Shown here: piece by piece, positions 54,944 to 64,000 of the stretch
How positions within the stretch are numbered: position 1 is the first letter of the stretch
Layout: the number at the start of each line of letters is the position of its first letter
Assembly: GCA_964016885.1 (NCBI GenBank)
Contig: OZ024741.1
Coordinates: 216,690,001-216,754,000 of the forward strand
Direction: 5' to 3'
Source of the DNA: Eledone cirrhosa
Taxonomy: Eukaryota
DNA: 64,000 nt
The notes under the pieces: model-generated
Told to the model about the DNA's origin: nothing
What the model saw: the letters and a program-made list of their open reading frames with translations, nothing else
Databases searched by the model: none
Made by a program: the position numbers and the translations under genes

Positions 54944-55203
54944 TTTCTTTATTAACCACAAGGGTTTACATAAAGTAGACATTAAGGACAGTGCAGGACA
55001 ATGCAGGACGGTACAAATGGGCATTTCTGCGTGTAAAAAAACAAAAACAGAGGATGTAACAAAAATAACAATGAAAATAACAATGAAAAATTCCCCAATA
55101 GGGGGGAGACTTCGGAGGGACATTTGTGGAGAAAGCCCAGTAAAAAGCCACAATGACCCTGACCACCAAGGCAAGTGCCCTCTCCCAGTTTTCCACCTTT
55201 AGT

Positions 55204-58200
55204 TTACAGATATATACTCAGAGTCGGCCCATTCACTCGGGCCATTCTTGCTTCTCTCACCCATCTTTCAACAAAATGCTGGGAAGAGAGCACTTCCTTC
55301 TCTACTCTGATTTTCCTTTTCAAATGAAATTTGAAAAAGTCAATCAGAGCATCACCGAAGAGGTAAGTGCTCGTCTTCAGCCCTTTCAAACGTGTCCACC
55401 ATACTATCTCTTTCGCCATGGCCACCAGACAGATAAAAACTGCCTGCCCTTCCCGGCTAAAGGAGGAGGGCGGGGCAATCCTCACGATAGACTCAGATGA
55501 TAGCTGGATCCGTCCTAAACGCGACAGCAGGTGTTCGACATAAACCCACAAGTCAGCAATTTTCGGACACTGGACGAGTGCGTGCAGGACGGTTTCGTCG
55601 CCCTGCGCGCATCTCGGACATGCCCGGCTGACGGCACCTCCATGCCTGTAGAGTTTATCCCGAACTGGCAAGGCTCCTCGGTAGCACTGCCAGGCCAGAG
55701 ATTTCTGGAAGTTGTCCATAGGCCCTGGCCCGAAAGTTCTTCCGAAGAGATTGGCTAGTTGATTTTCGTCGACGCCTAGAGTTTCCCCAAGTACGTCGTC
55801 GCTCTTCCCCTCCACTAATCCTCTATAGAACGCCGAGGTGGAGTTTCCACCGATCACATTGCCCGATTGGTCGAGGGCTGTGAGCGCCTGAAGACATTCC
55901 AGTCTCCAGGCGCTCCCTCTCGGTCTTCGCTTGACCCAGGACTGCAGCTCCGTCAAGGAAACGAGCTGGGGAAAAACGCGTCTAGCAAACGGCGACCACA
56001 CCTGATCACCGTCGAGGAAGAGGTGGAGATGTCGTAGCCTGAGCGCGTGCCTGCGCATCATCAGCCACGGCATGCCCAGCCCTCCACGTAGCGGGTGTTG
56101 ACAACAGATGGACCGCCTGACCATCGGAGCACGTCCCTTCCACAAAAAGCGAAAGAGCAAACGCTCCAGCGCAGTCAGGCGAGGCTTAGGACAAGGTACG
56201 ACGGTTAGGCGGTAGCAGATGACAGACGCGATGTACGCGTTAGCCACCTCCGCTCGACCTTTCAGGGATAGCTTCCTCTCCGCCCATTTCTGGGTGAGAG
56301 AAGCCACCCTGCTCGTCACCTCGTCCCAGTTTTTGTCCGTCTGGAGGTCCGGACCGAACCAGACCCCTAGCAATTTAACCGGTCCGTCCGTCCAGCGCCC
56401 GACGACGCTGTTGGACGGCATGGACCTGCCTCTCCAGGTGCCGAGCTGCAGGCCCACTGACTTTTCCTGGTTGATCATTGCTCCTGTCACCGCTTCGTAT
56501 TCTCTTAGTGTAGTGCCGATCGCCTCGATGTGTTTGGCGTTCGACACCACTACAGTGACATCGTCCGCATATGCTGACACGGATCTTCCGCATCCTAGTT
56601 CGCGCGGGACTCCCCTCAACGTCTCCAGTTTGTGCAGTAATGGCTCGAGAGTCAATACGTACAAGAGGGACGAGAGGGGACATCCTTGGCGGACCGAGCG
56701 CATGATGTTGAACGGTTCCGACAGGTGACCGTTCACTCTCACCACAGAGCAGATGTCGCTGTGCATGGCAGCGATCCAGCCTCTGAAGACGGGCCCAAAG
56801 CCAGCCGCCCTCAGGACTGCCGCTAGGTAACGATGGTCGACCCTATCGAAAGCTTTCGACTGATCTAAATTGATCAAGGACCCACCCGTGCCAGGTTCCC
56901 TAGCTACCCTCTCTACGATGTATCGCATGAGGTGGAGGTTGTCGTGGATGGATCTGTCGGGAATGGCGCATGTCTGCGCCTCTCCCACCAGACCACCAAC
57001 GACAAGCGCCAACCTCTTTGCTAGCACCTTGGCCAAAATCTTAAACTCTGTGTTTAGCAGAGTTATGGGCCGGAAATTGTCTATGTTATCCCCCTTGTTC
57101 GGATCCTTTCTCAGCAGTGCCACCGCTCCTCGGCTCACAGAACTGGGAATTCTCCCGTTCTGTTGCCAGTTGCAGTAGACGTCCGCCAAGAGGCCTCCGA
57201 ACAAGTCTGGCATCTGTACGTAAAGTTCATAGGGCAGACCATCCAAACCAGGCGATTTACCCCTTGTGCAGCCAGTCATTGCCTCCCGTACTTCAGCGGC
57301 TGTTATCGGCTTTTCGCAACACTTCGCCTCAGTGGCCGAGAGCCGCGGCAGTCCGTCGAGGTAGACACTAAAGTCCATCCCTCTACCCGGCCCCCCGCTG
57401 CCCCCGAACAGCTGAGCGAAGTGTCGCTGAAAAGCTTCACACATTTGCCCGGGATCGAGTAGCATGCGCCCGTCGTGGTCCACCAAAGACCGGATCGTGG
57501 CTTTGTTGCCACGACGCGCCTCCGCCACTCGGGCCCATTGAACGGCTTTCGTCCCCTCGTGTCTGAGAGCACGCACCCTAGCTCTGACAACGCAGCCTTC
57601 GTGCTTTGCATTGAAGAATTGGTCAAGGGCCAATTTCGCCGCAAGCACGTCGGTCGCAATGCCTTTGCTAAGCGCCTCGTCTAATTTTCTAACTAGTTCT
57701 CCCTCTGCTCTATTTTTCTCTATTGCTAAAGCCTTACTAAACCTAATCGATTCTATTCTAATCGCTCTTTTCAGAGCAAACCACCACTTGTTGTTGACGA
57801 TGGCCCCCGTCAACGCCCGCTTAACTAGTTCGCTAATCCGGTCTCTGTAGGCCTTGCGCGCTGGTAAGGACGCGTTTAGCTTCCAGTAGCCGGGTCCTCG
57901 TCTATGAAGCCTATCTAAGTCAAGCACACAGATCACGAATTTGTGGTCCGTGTAGCTGACTATCTTGAATTGTGGACAGCCTATGCTAGACCTATCTATT
58001 TCCCTACAAAATACTCTATCTAGATATGATCTGGATGACCCTATGCGGTTTGTCCAAGTCCACATTGGCACATTCGGGAAATCCAATCGGTACCTGTCAG
58101 ACAGTTCAAAACGCCTGAGCAGGTTGGTGAGGCTCTTGCACCCTCCACCCCTATCCGCTAATCCCACACAGTCCCAGCGTGCATCTAAGATCCCGTTCCA

Positions 58201-58623
58201 GTCGCCCACTAACACTAAAGAGCGCGACGTTCCAAGAAAGGTCTCCAGACGCCGGAAGAAATCAGGCCGCCCTGCTCCTGTCGGGGCATAGACGGCCACT
58301 AGCCTGAAAGCTTGCCCGTCTCCGCTGGTCACGTCCAGCACCACCAGCTTACCCTCTGGGTCCAGGAAGATGGCCCGTATGGCGAGATCCAAACCTCTCC
58401 GAAAAAGCACAGCAACTCCTCCACCCGATCCAGGACGGCTGGGAGATGCGTACACATCGTAGCCGCCGAAGATCGGTGCGAAGGCCCGTGCTTCGGAGAT
58501 TCTGGTCTCGCTGATGGCCACTACATCTATGTTTAGTGACCTGAGGTCGTTGAGCAGGTGACCCTGCTTCCATGACGACCCCAAGCCACGCGCATTTATG
58601 CTGCCTATTCTGAGTGAGGTCAT
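55204..58623 (-). CDS. ORF2: AP endonuclease + reverse transcriptase + CCHC domain (1139 aa)
   Basis: SINARGL, ISET, VYAP, GDWN, YLDR, TDH; KSPGLDG, FRPITLLN, LDQSKAFD, VRQGCPLS, YADD; CPRC...ETVLHALVQC. Confidence 0.95.
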   Translation of the reverse strand: MTSLRIGSINARGLGSSWKQGHLLNDLRSLNIDVVAISETRISEARAFAPIFGGYDVYASPSRPGSGGGVAVLFRRGLDLAIRAIFLDPEGKLVVLDVTSGDGQAFRLVAVYAPTGAGRPDFFRRLETFLGTSRSLVLVGDWNGILDARWDCVGLADRGGGCKSLTNLLRRFELSDRYRLDFPNVPMWTWTNRIGSSRSYLDRVFCREIDRSSIGCPQFKIVSYTDHKFVICVLDLDRLHRRGPGYWKLNASLPARKAYRDRISELVKRALTGAIVNNKWWFALKRAIRIESIRFSKALAIEKNRAEGELVRKLDEALSKGIATDVLAAKLALDQFFNAKHEGCVVRARVRALRHEGTKAVQWARVAEARRGNKATIRSLVDHDGRMLLDPGQMCEAFQRHFAQLFGGSGGPGRGMDFSVYLDGLPRLSATEAKCCEKPITAAEVREAMTGCTRGKSPGLDGLPYELYVQMPDLFGGLLADVYCNWQQNGRIPSSVSRGAVALLRKDPNKGDNIDNFRPITLLNTEFKILAKVLAKRLALVVGGLVGEAQTCAIPDRSIHDNLHLMRYIVERVAREPGTGGSLINLDQSKAFDRVDHRYLAAVLRAAGFGPVFRGWIAAMHSDICSVVRVNGHLSEPFNIMRSVRQGCPLSSLLYVLTLEPLLHKLETLRGVPRELGCGRSVSAYADDVTVVVSNAKHIEAIGTTLREYEAVTGAMINQEKSVGLQLGTWRGRSMPSNSVVGRWTDGPVKLLGVWFGPDLQTDKNWDEVTSRVASLTQKWAERKLSLKGRAEVANAYIASVICYRLTVVPCPKPRLTALERLLFRFLWKGRAPMVRRSICCQHPLRGGLGMPWLMMRRHALRLRHLHLFLDGDQVWSPFARRVFPQLVSLTELQSWVKRRPRGSAWRLECLQALTALDQSGNVIGGNSTSAFYRGLVEGKSDDVLGETLGVDENQLANLFGRTFGPGPMDNFQKSLAWQCYRGALPVRDKLYRHGGAVSRACPRCAQGDETVLHALVQCPKIADLWVYVEHLLSRLGRIQLSSESIVRIAPPSSFSREGQAVFICLVAMAKEIVWWTRLKGLKTSTYLFGDALIDFFKFHLKRKIRVEKEVLSSQHFVERWVREARMARVNGPTLSIYL

Positions 58624-58658
58624 GTTTAAAATAGAGTGGAAAAGATGGGAAAGACCAC

Positions 58659-60755
58659 TTACCGTACTTTTGGTAGAGGAGGGATGGTTTTTACATCCCT
58701 TTTCACTTGATCGTCTGGTGAAGGGACCGTTGAATCGTCCCTTCGGCTGGTCGTCGGCTCTTCTAAGAGAATGTCTGAATATACTCTTCGATTAATGGTT
58801 CCTCCTAGGTCCCTGAAATCACCAACTGCGTTGGGGAATTTCGTTTTAATGTTTGTGTATTGTTTCTGTGCTATTTTTAGCAGTCTTATGTTAGTTGGCG
58901 TTTTGATTGGTGCTGGTATTATGTAGTCCTGTTGTGAAATGTCTGTGTGTTCAATTATGTAAGTCATTAGTTTCTTGTTGTGTGTGTTTATTGCCGTGCA
59001 TTTGTTTTTCTGGGAGTGGGGTGTGGTTCTGCTATTTTCTTGTCGTTGTTGCTGGGTGTGTGTGTTTTGTTGTTGTGTTTGCGATGTTGGTGCTTGTGGT
59101 GGTGGTGTTGAAGGTGTTGTTGGCGGTGGGGTTGTCGCCGGTGGTGATGGTGGTGCTGGTGTGGGTGGTGATGGTGTTGGTGGTGTTGCTGCTGTGGGTC
59201 TCTTTGCAGTAGACTTTACCCTTTTCTCATTTCTTTCCTCCCTTTTCAAAGGCGACGATGCGCTGCTTCTGCGTTTGTGCCTTCTTGAGACCTTTTGCCA
59301 TCCCTCTCCCACCTCACACTCCATGTCTGATTCTGTAAGGTCGGGGAGGGGTACCAGCTCCACTCTTTCACTTGTTGTTGTTGGTGATGTTTGCACTGGA
59401 GTCTCTGTTGCAGCTGCATTTGGTATTGCTGTTGTTGTTGTTAATATTTCCACTGCTGCTGCTGTCTTTGATTTCCGTGGAGTGGGTATGGGTGCCACGG
59501 ACCTATCGTTCCTGGTTGCCGCTTGTCCTGTTGCTGGTAGCCGTGGAACCGGATTCGGGAGGAGGGGGGTTTTCTCCTTTCTCATGGTCTTCTCGTTGCA
59601 GAAGGCCCTGAGGTGAGTCTTCGATCCACAGCGAAAGCATTTCGGGCGTTTGCCCTCAACACTTATGGGCAGTTGAGTGCCGTTATCGAAGTCTATCACA
59701 TCCGGGATAGCTTCGATGCACTCCTGGTTGGTTTGGATTAGCATCTCAATGGAGGAGCCGACCCAATCTTCTCTTACTTTTTTCTGTACTTGCAGTACAG
59801 TTGTTTTGTCCTCGATTCCGACGAGGACAGACGCGGCCAGCCAAGAAGGGGTCATTCCGGGGGGGACGTGGGTCAGTTTGACCCTCACAATTTTTTGCCC
59901 GCAGTAGGAGGGCACCAACACCATTTCCTCGCTCCTTAGGGTCACTACTGATTGGGCCTTTGCCTCCTGGGGTGTGGCAAAAAGTACGTCTACGGTGGCG
60001 TATTTTTTGCCTCGGGTGATGTGCGTTTTCCTCTGCCACACAGACCCCAAGGCTTTTTGTATTTGGGCCTCTGTGGCTCTTTCCACCCTACGGGATTTTG
60101 TACTTACTGTACGGTACGTGACCGTACAGTGCTCTTGGGTTTCGAAAAAATTTTTCGCTGCCTTGCAGATTGCTCGGTGTCCGTTCTTTGTCACCATCTT
60201 CTTCGCTTCCTCTAATTCCTCATTTGTTATGAGGATTGTTTCCAGGTTTTTCGCAATACCTGCAAATGAGATTGGTTTTTCTCTGCTGTTGTTGTTGTCG
60301 TCAGAGCTGCTGGTACTTTTGTTGTTGCTGCAGGTACTACGACTACTGCCTCCGCCGCTGTTGCTGTGGTTGTTGTTGGTGTTGCTGCTGCTAATGCTGT
60401 TGTTGTTTATGCTGCTGGTGATGCTGTTGCGGCTGCTACTGTTGTTTTCATTGTCACTGTTGCTGTTGTTATTACGGCTGCTACTGCTATTATTCCTGAC
60501 CTCAGACGAATGAACTGGGTTTTCGTATTTCCCGCACACCTGTTTCGTCGCTGTCGTCGTCGTCGTGGAGAAACCTTGCACGCTTTGCACGAGACTTTTC
60601 TTTTCTTTCGTCGCTTGCGAAAGAGAAGGGAGGGAGAGAGACACATTTAAAGAAGGGAGGGAGAGAGACAATCTTCTCTCTGCTGTAGTGATGATTGAGG
60701 AAGAAGAAGACGGAATGAGTGGGAGTGACGTATGAAATTTCTTTTTCGTAGCCAT
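58659..60755 (-). CDS. ORF1: nucleic-acid-binding protein with CCHC zinc knuckle
   Basis: CFRCGSKTHLRAFC and low-complexity N/S and P/T tracts. First ATG at 60755. Confidence 0.85.
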   Translation of the reverse strand: MATKKKFHTSLPLIPSSSSSIITTAERRLSLSLPSLNVSLSLPSLSQATKEKKSLVQSVQGFSTTTTTATKQVCGKYENPVHSSEVRNNSSSSRNNNSNSDNENNSSSRNSITSSINNNSISSSNTNNNHSNSGGGSSRSTCSNNKSTSSSDDNNNSREKPISFAGIAKNLETILITNEELEEAKKMVTKNGHRAICKAAKNFFETQEHCTVTYRTVSTKSRRVERATEAQIQKALGSVWQRKTHITRGKKYATVDVLFATPQEAKAQSVVTLRSEEMVLVPSYCGQKIVRVKLTHVPPGMTPSWLAASVLVGIEDKTTVLQVQKKVREDWVGSSIEMLIQTNQECIEAIPDVIDFDNGTQLPISVEGKRPKCFRCGSKTHLRAFCNEKTMRKEKTPLLPNPVPRLPATGQAATRNDRSVAPIPTPRKSKTAAAVEILTTTTAIPNAAATETPVQTSPTTTSERVELVPLPDLTESDMECEVGEGWQKVSRRHKRRSSASSPLKREERNEKRVKSTAKRPTAATPPTPSPPTPAPPSPPATTPPPTTPSTPPPQAPTSQTQQQNTHTQQQRQENSRTTPHSQKNKCTAINTHNKKLMTYIIEHTDISQQDYIIPAPIKTPTNIRLLKIAQKQYTNIKTKFPNAVGDFRDLGGTINRRVYSDILLEEPTTSRRDDSTVPSPDDQVKRDVKTIPPLPKVR

Positions 60756-61112
60756 GTTTTTTTGTTTAAAATGAAATTTTGGGTACAAAACCCCAATAAC
60801 TGGTTATTTAACCCCGAAGGGCCAAATAACGGACAGAAAGACCCCTCTCACGAGGAGGAGGGTGTCTTTATCAACAATTTGGTTCAAGTTTTAAACAATT
60901 TACAATTGTTTTAACGGTTAAAAATTACTATACCTTACAGAGCCGAGCCTCCGTCAACCATGGCATTCAATAATAATAATAATAATAATAATAATACGAC
61001 CACCACCACCACCACCACCACCACCAGCTACAACTACCATTTGCTGCTCTTACTAAAGAGTAAGTTGAAATTATTGTCATTTGGGGAATGGGGTACATAA
61101 CTTGAAAAAGGT

Positions 61113-61985
61113 GACACTGTAGTGTTAGTCAAGGGTGCTAAAGGCTAGTATAGAGTGCTAAATACCCAGGTACACATTGTAGTGTTAGTCTAGGGTGCTA
61201 AAGGCTAGTATAGAGTGCTAATACCCAGGTACACATTATAGTGCTAGTCTAGGGTGCTAAATACCCAGGTATACTTTTTAGGGCTAGCTCAAGGAACAAA
61301 ATAGCCAGGTATACTTTGTAGGGCTAGCCTAAGAGGCTAAATTAAATACCCAGGTATATTTTGTAGGCTAACCGAAGGTGTGAAATACCCAGGTATATTT
61401 TGTAGGGCTAACCGAAGGTGCTAAATACCCAGATATATCTTTTAGGGTTAACCGAAGGTGTGAAATACCCAGGTATATTTTGTAAGGCTAACCGAAAGTG
61501 TGAAATACCTAGGTATATTTTGTAAAGCTAACCGAAGGTGCTAAATACCCAGGTATATTTTGTAGGGCTAGCCTAAGGTGCTAAATACCCAGGTATATTT
61601 TTAGGGCTAGCCTCAGGTTCTAAATACTCAGGTATATTTTGTAGGGCTAACCGAAAGTGTGAAATACCCAGGTATATTTTGTAAGACTAACCGAAAATAT
61701 GAAATACCCAGGTATATTTTGTAGGACTAACCGAAAATGTGAAATACCCAGGTATATTTTTAGGGCTAGCCTCAGGTTCTAAATACTCAGGTATATTTTA
61801 TAGGGCTAACCGAAAATGTGAATTACCCAGGTATATTTTGTAGCGATAACCGAAAATCTGAAATACCCAGGTATATTTTCTGGGGCTAGCCTCAGGTGCT
61901 AAATACTCAGGTATATACTGTAGGGCTAGCCTAAGGTGCTAAATACCTATGTACTCTTTGCAGGGGTCACCTAATATGCTAAACA
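61113..61985. repeat. ~39-40-bp minisatellite, ~20 copies
   Basis: Unit aaatacccaggtatattttgtagggcta(accgaaggtgtg/gcctaaggtgct). Confidence 0.9.
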
Positions 61986-62921
61986 TTCAAGCACCGACCC
62001 GGGGTGTATTTTTTTTATAACCCAAGAATATCATCCCATTATGTCTAGTGGAAAAGACGATGACGGCCTGCTAACAGGTGTGGTAACATCAATGTCCTTG
62101 ATGAGGAAAAATAGGAAAAAGTATTTCTCATTTCCGGTCCCGATAGCCTCAAGTTTCATTTAAACAATAATGTACCTATTATCACTCCTACTTCTATTTG
62201 TATATTATTGATGTGAGTAGGAGTAGGAGGAAACACTGGCTATTGTCTTCTTATGTATCATTTGAGTTACCTTGAAGTGGTGAAAATTAAAGTAAACACC
62301 ACTGGGATTGGGTCTGTGTGTAATCTCTGTGTCTTTCTATGGGACTCAGCCCTACCTTTATAGATAAATCAGTTATTTTTAACATACATTCAAGGTCATA
62401 CATTGTAGTGTGTTGTGTGTGTGTTGGGGGGGGGGGGCATTTCGTGGTCAACATAGTAGCTTATAACTGACTGGTATGGATTAATGCCATCAACTCTTCC
62501 TGTTTGTTACTAACTGGAATATACACAGTATGACTGAGTGGTTATAAACTCCACCTTGCAATCATTAAGTCTTGTGTTCGATCCCACAATGCAGTACCTT
62601 GGGTCAATGTCATTTACTTCGATCTTGGGTCAATCCAAACTTTGTGGATGAAACTGGGTAGACGGAAACTGTTTAAAAAACAGTCAGAAGGACAATACCT
62701 GTAATTTAAAGGGTCAGTCTTATCACAATCTGTGATGTGCTGAATCTTCCTGAGAATTATGTTAAGTGTACACGTGTCTGTTGAATACAGAACTACTTGC
62801 ACTATAAATTATTATTACTTTCACTCCAAATTATTATAAATTAAATTTATAAATTTAAGAATTTATAAATTTCCGGTTGGTTGGTTGGTTGGTTCCACAA
62901 CCGGACGGTTGTTCATATATT

Positions 62922-62964
62922 GTCAAAGTTATTTCGTCACACATTCTGTGACCTCTTCAGTGAC
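62922..62964 (-). ncRNA. Type I hammerhead-like motif at the 3' end of the adjacent PLE fragment
   Basis: gtca-CTGAAGA-g-gtcaca-gaatg-tgtgac-GAAA-taac-TT-tgac. Confidence 0.7.
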
Positions 62965-63162
62965 TGGGGATTCTTTTCTTTGTTTTTGTGCCTCTCCTTG
63001 TTCTGTCCTACGCCATCTCTTTTTTTTTTGTGTGTGTTGTGTACTTAGTTTGCGCATGTGTTATATCCGGGTGTCTGTGTGTGTTTATATTTGTTTATTT
63101 ATTTGTTTATTTACATGTTACTGGTTGGTTGTTTGTTCTATGTGTGTGTTTTCATTTTGTCC

Positions 63163-63720
63163 TTAATTGTAAGTTATGTTGCTATTCCATTCATGTTTTC
63201 TATTTAATTTTGGTTGGAGTTCATTTATGTTTATTGCCTCTGTGATTTGTCTAAACATTGCGTCTTTTCTGTGTGTAGATTCTATTTTTATTTCTATGTT
63301 CTCTAATTTGCCCTTAGGTTCTATTGTAGCATGTTGGTGGAGTATTGATGATTCTTTTTTTATCTTGAAGTTCTTGCCAGTGTTCATTTAACCGTTCTCC
63401 TATACTACGAGCTGTCTCACCTATGTACACTATATTCTTATCTTTACATTGTCCTTCAGTACATCTTATGCTATCTATATACTACATTTCTAGTTTTACA
63501 GTTAATATGGGGTCTTAGTTTACAGATTATGCATTTCTTATCTATACAGGGAGGTCTTTGAAAAGGGTATGTATTACTAATAACTGTTTTTATGGAGGTA
63601 CCTGGTCTTTCTACTATCTTAATATTAAGTTTATGTTTATCTAGGGCCCTTCTAAATTTGTAAGCTAATTCACTTCTAGGGGTTGTATTGATGAACATTA
63701 CACTCTGGTATTTATTTCTA
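63163..63720 (-). pseudogene. Decayed PLE linker + GIY-YIG fragment
   Basis: VERPGTSIK..YPF..PC..KKC..C...CKTRNVVY, then VYIGETARSIGER in a shifted frame, then RQITEAININELQPKLN. Confidence 0.8.
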
Positions 63721-63727
63721 TAGTAAT

Positions 63728-64000
63728 AATTGTTTCTACTTTTGGCAGAAGGCCAGCAATTATCCCAGTGTATTACTGGTACTTTATTTTATCGACCCCA
63801 TAAGGATGAAAGGCAAAGTTAACCTCGGCGGGATTATTGCTATAGTAATAAGTGTTTCTACATTTGGCACAAGGCCAGTAATTACCCAGTACATTACTGG
63901 TACTTTATTTTATCGACCCCGTAAGGATGAAAGGCAAAGTTAACCTCGGCGAGATTTGAACTCAGATCGTAAAGAGACGTAACGATGCTGGAAAGCATGG
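63728..64000 (-). mobile_element. Tandem SINE copies (partial; run off the window)
   Basis: Same SINE core and tail. Confidence 0.75.

Larger units (their letters stand above)
54890..60968 (-). mobile_element. Full-length L1/Tx1-type LINE inserted in (AAT)n
   Basis: Two intact ORFs 35 bp apart, a 3' UTR with AATAAA and an (ATT)n tail. (AAT)n also flanks the 5' end. Confidence 0.95.

Noticed and set aside
61113-61985. CRISPR-like array
   Set aside because: The inter-repeat segments are variants of each other rather than unique spacers. There are no cas genes and the context is eukaryotic.

Overview
AT-rich, microsatellite-laden eukaryotic DNA with no recognisable host exon. The repeat content resembles that of an octopus or other cephalopod, which is an inference. 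The window is almost entirely retroelements: one apparently intact two-ORF L1/Tx1-type LINE (54.9-61.0 kb), four R4/Dong-type RLE LINEs nested in (TAA)n tails, a CRE-like endonuclease fragment, at least four Penelope-like elements (PLEs, one with Naiad-type motifs), many tRNA-derived SINEs, small MITEs, minisatellites and a near-perfect 608-bp tandem array. Reading the non-coding DNA by eye gives about 20 type I hammerhead-ribozyme (HHR) motifs, intact or degenerate, from about 11 families. They sit in PLE pseudo-LTRs and in two retrozyme-like tandem units (~423 bp and ~312 bp). The best candidate for something undescribed is a duplicated ~210-nt motif at 48.7-49.2 kb with invariant linkers, covarying helices and two pseudoknots, lying between hammerheads in a PLE-like non-coding segment. 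All folds were deduced manually and are unverified.
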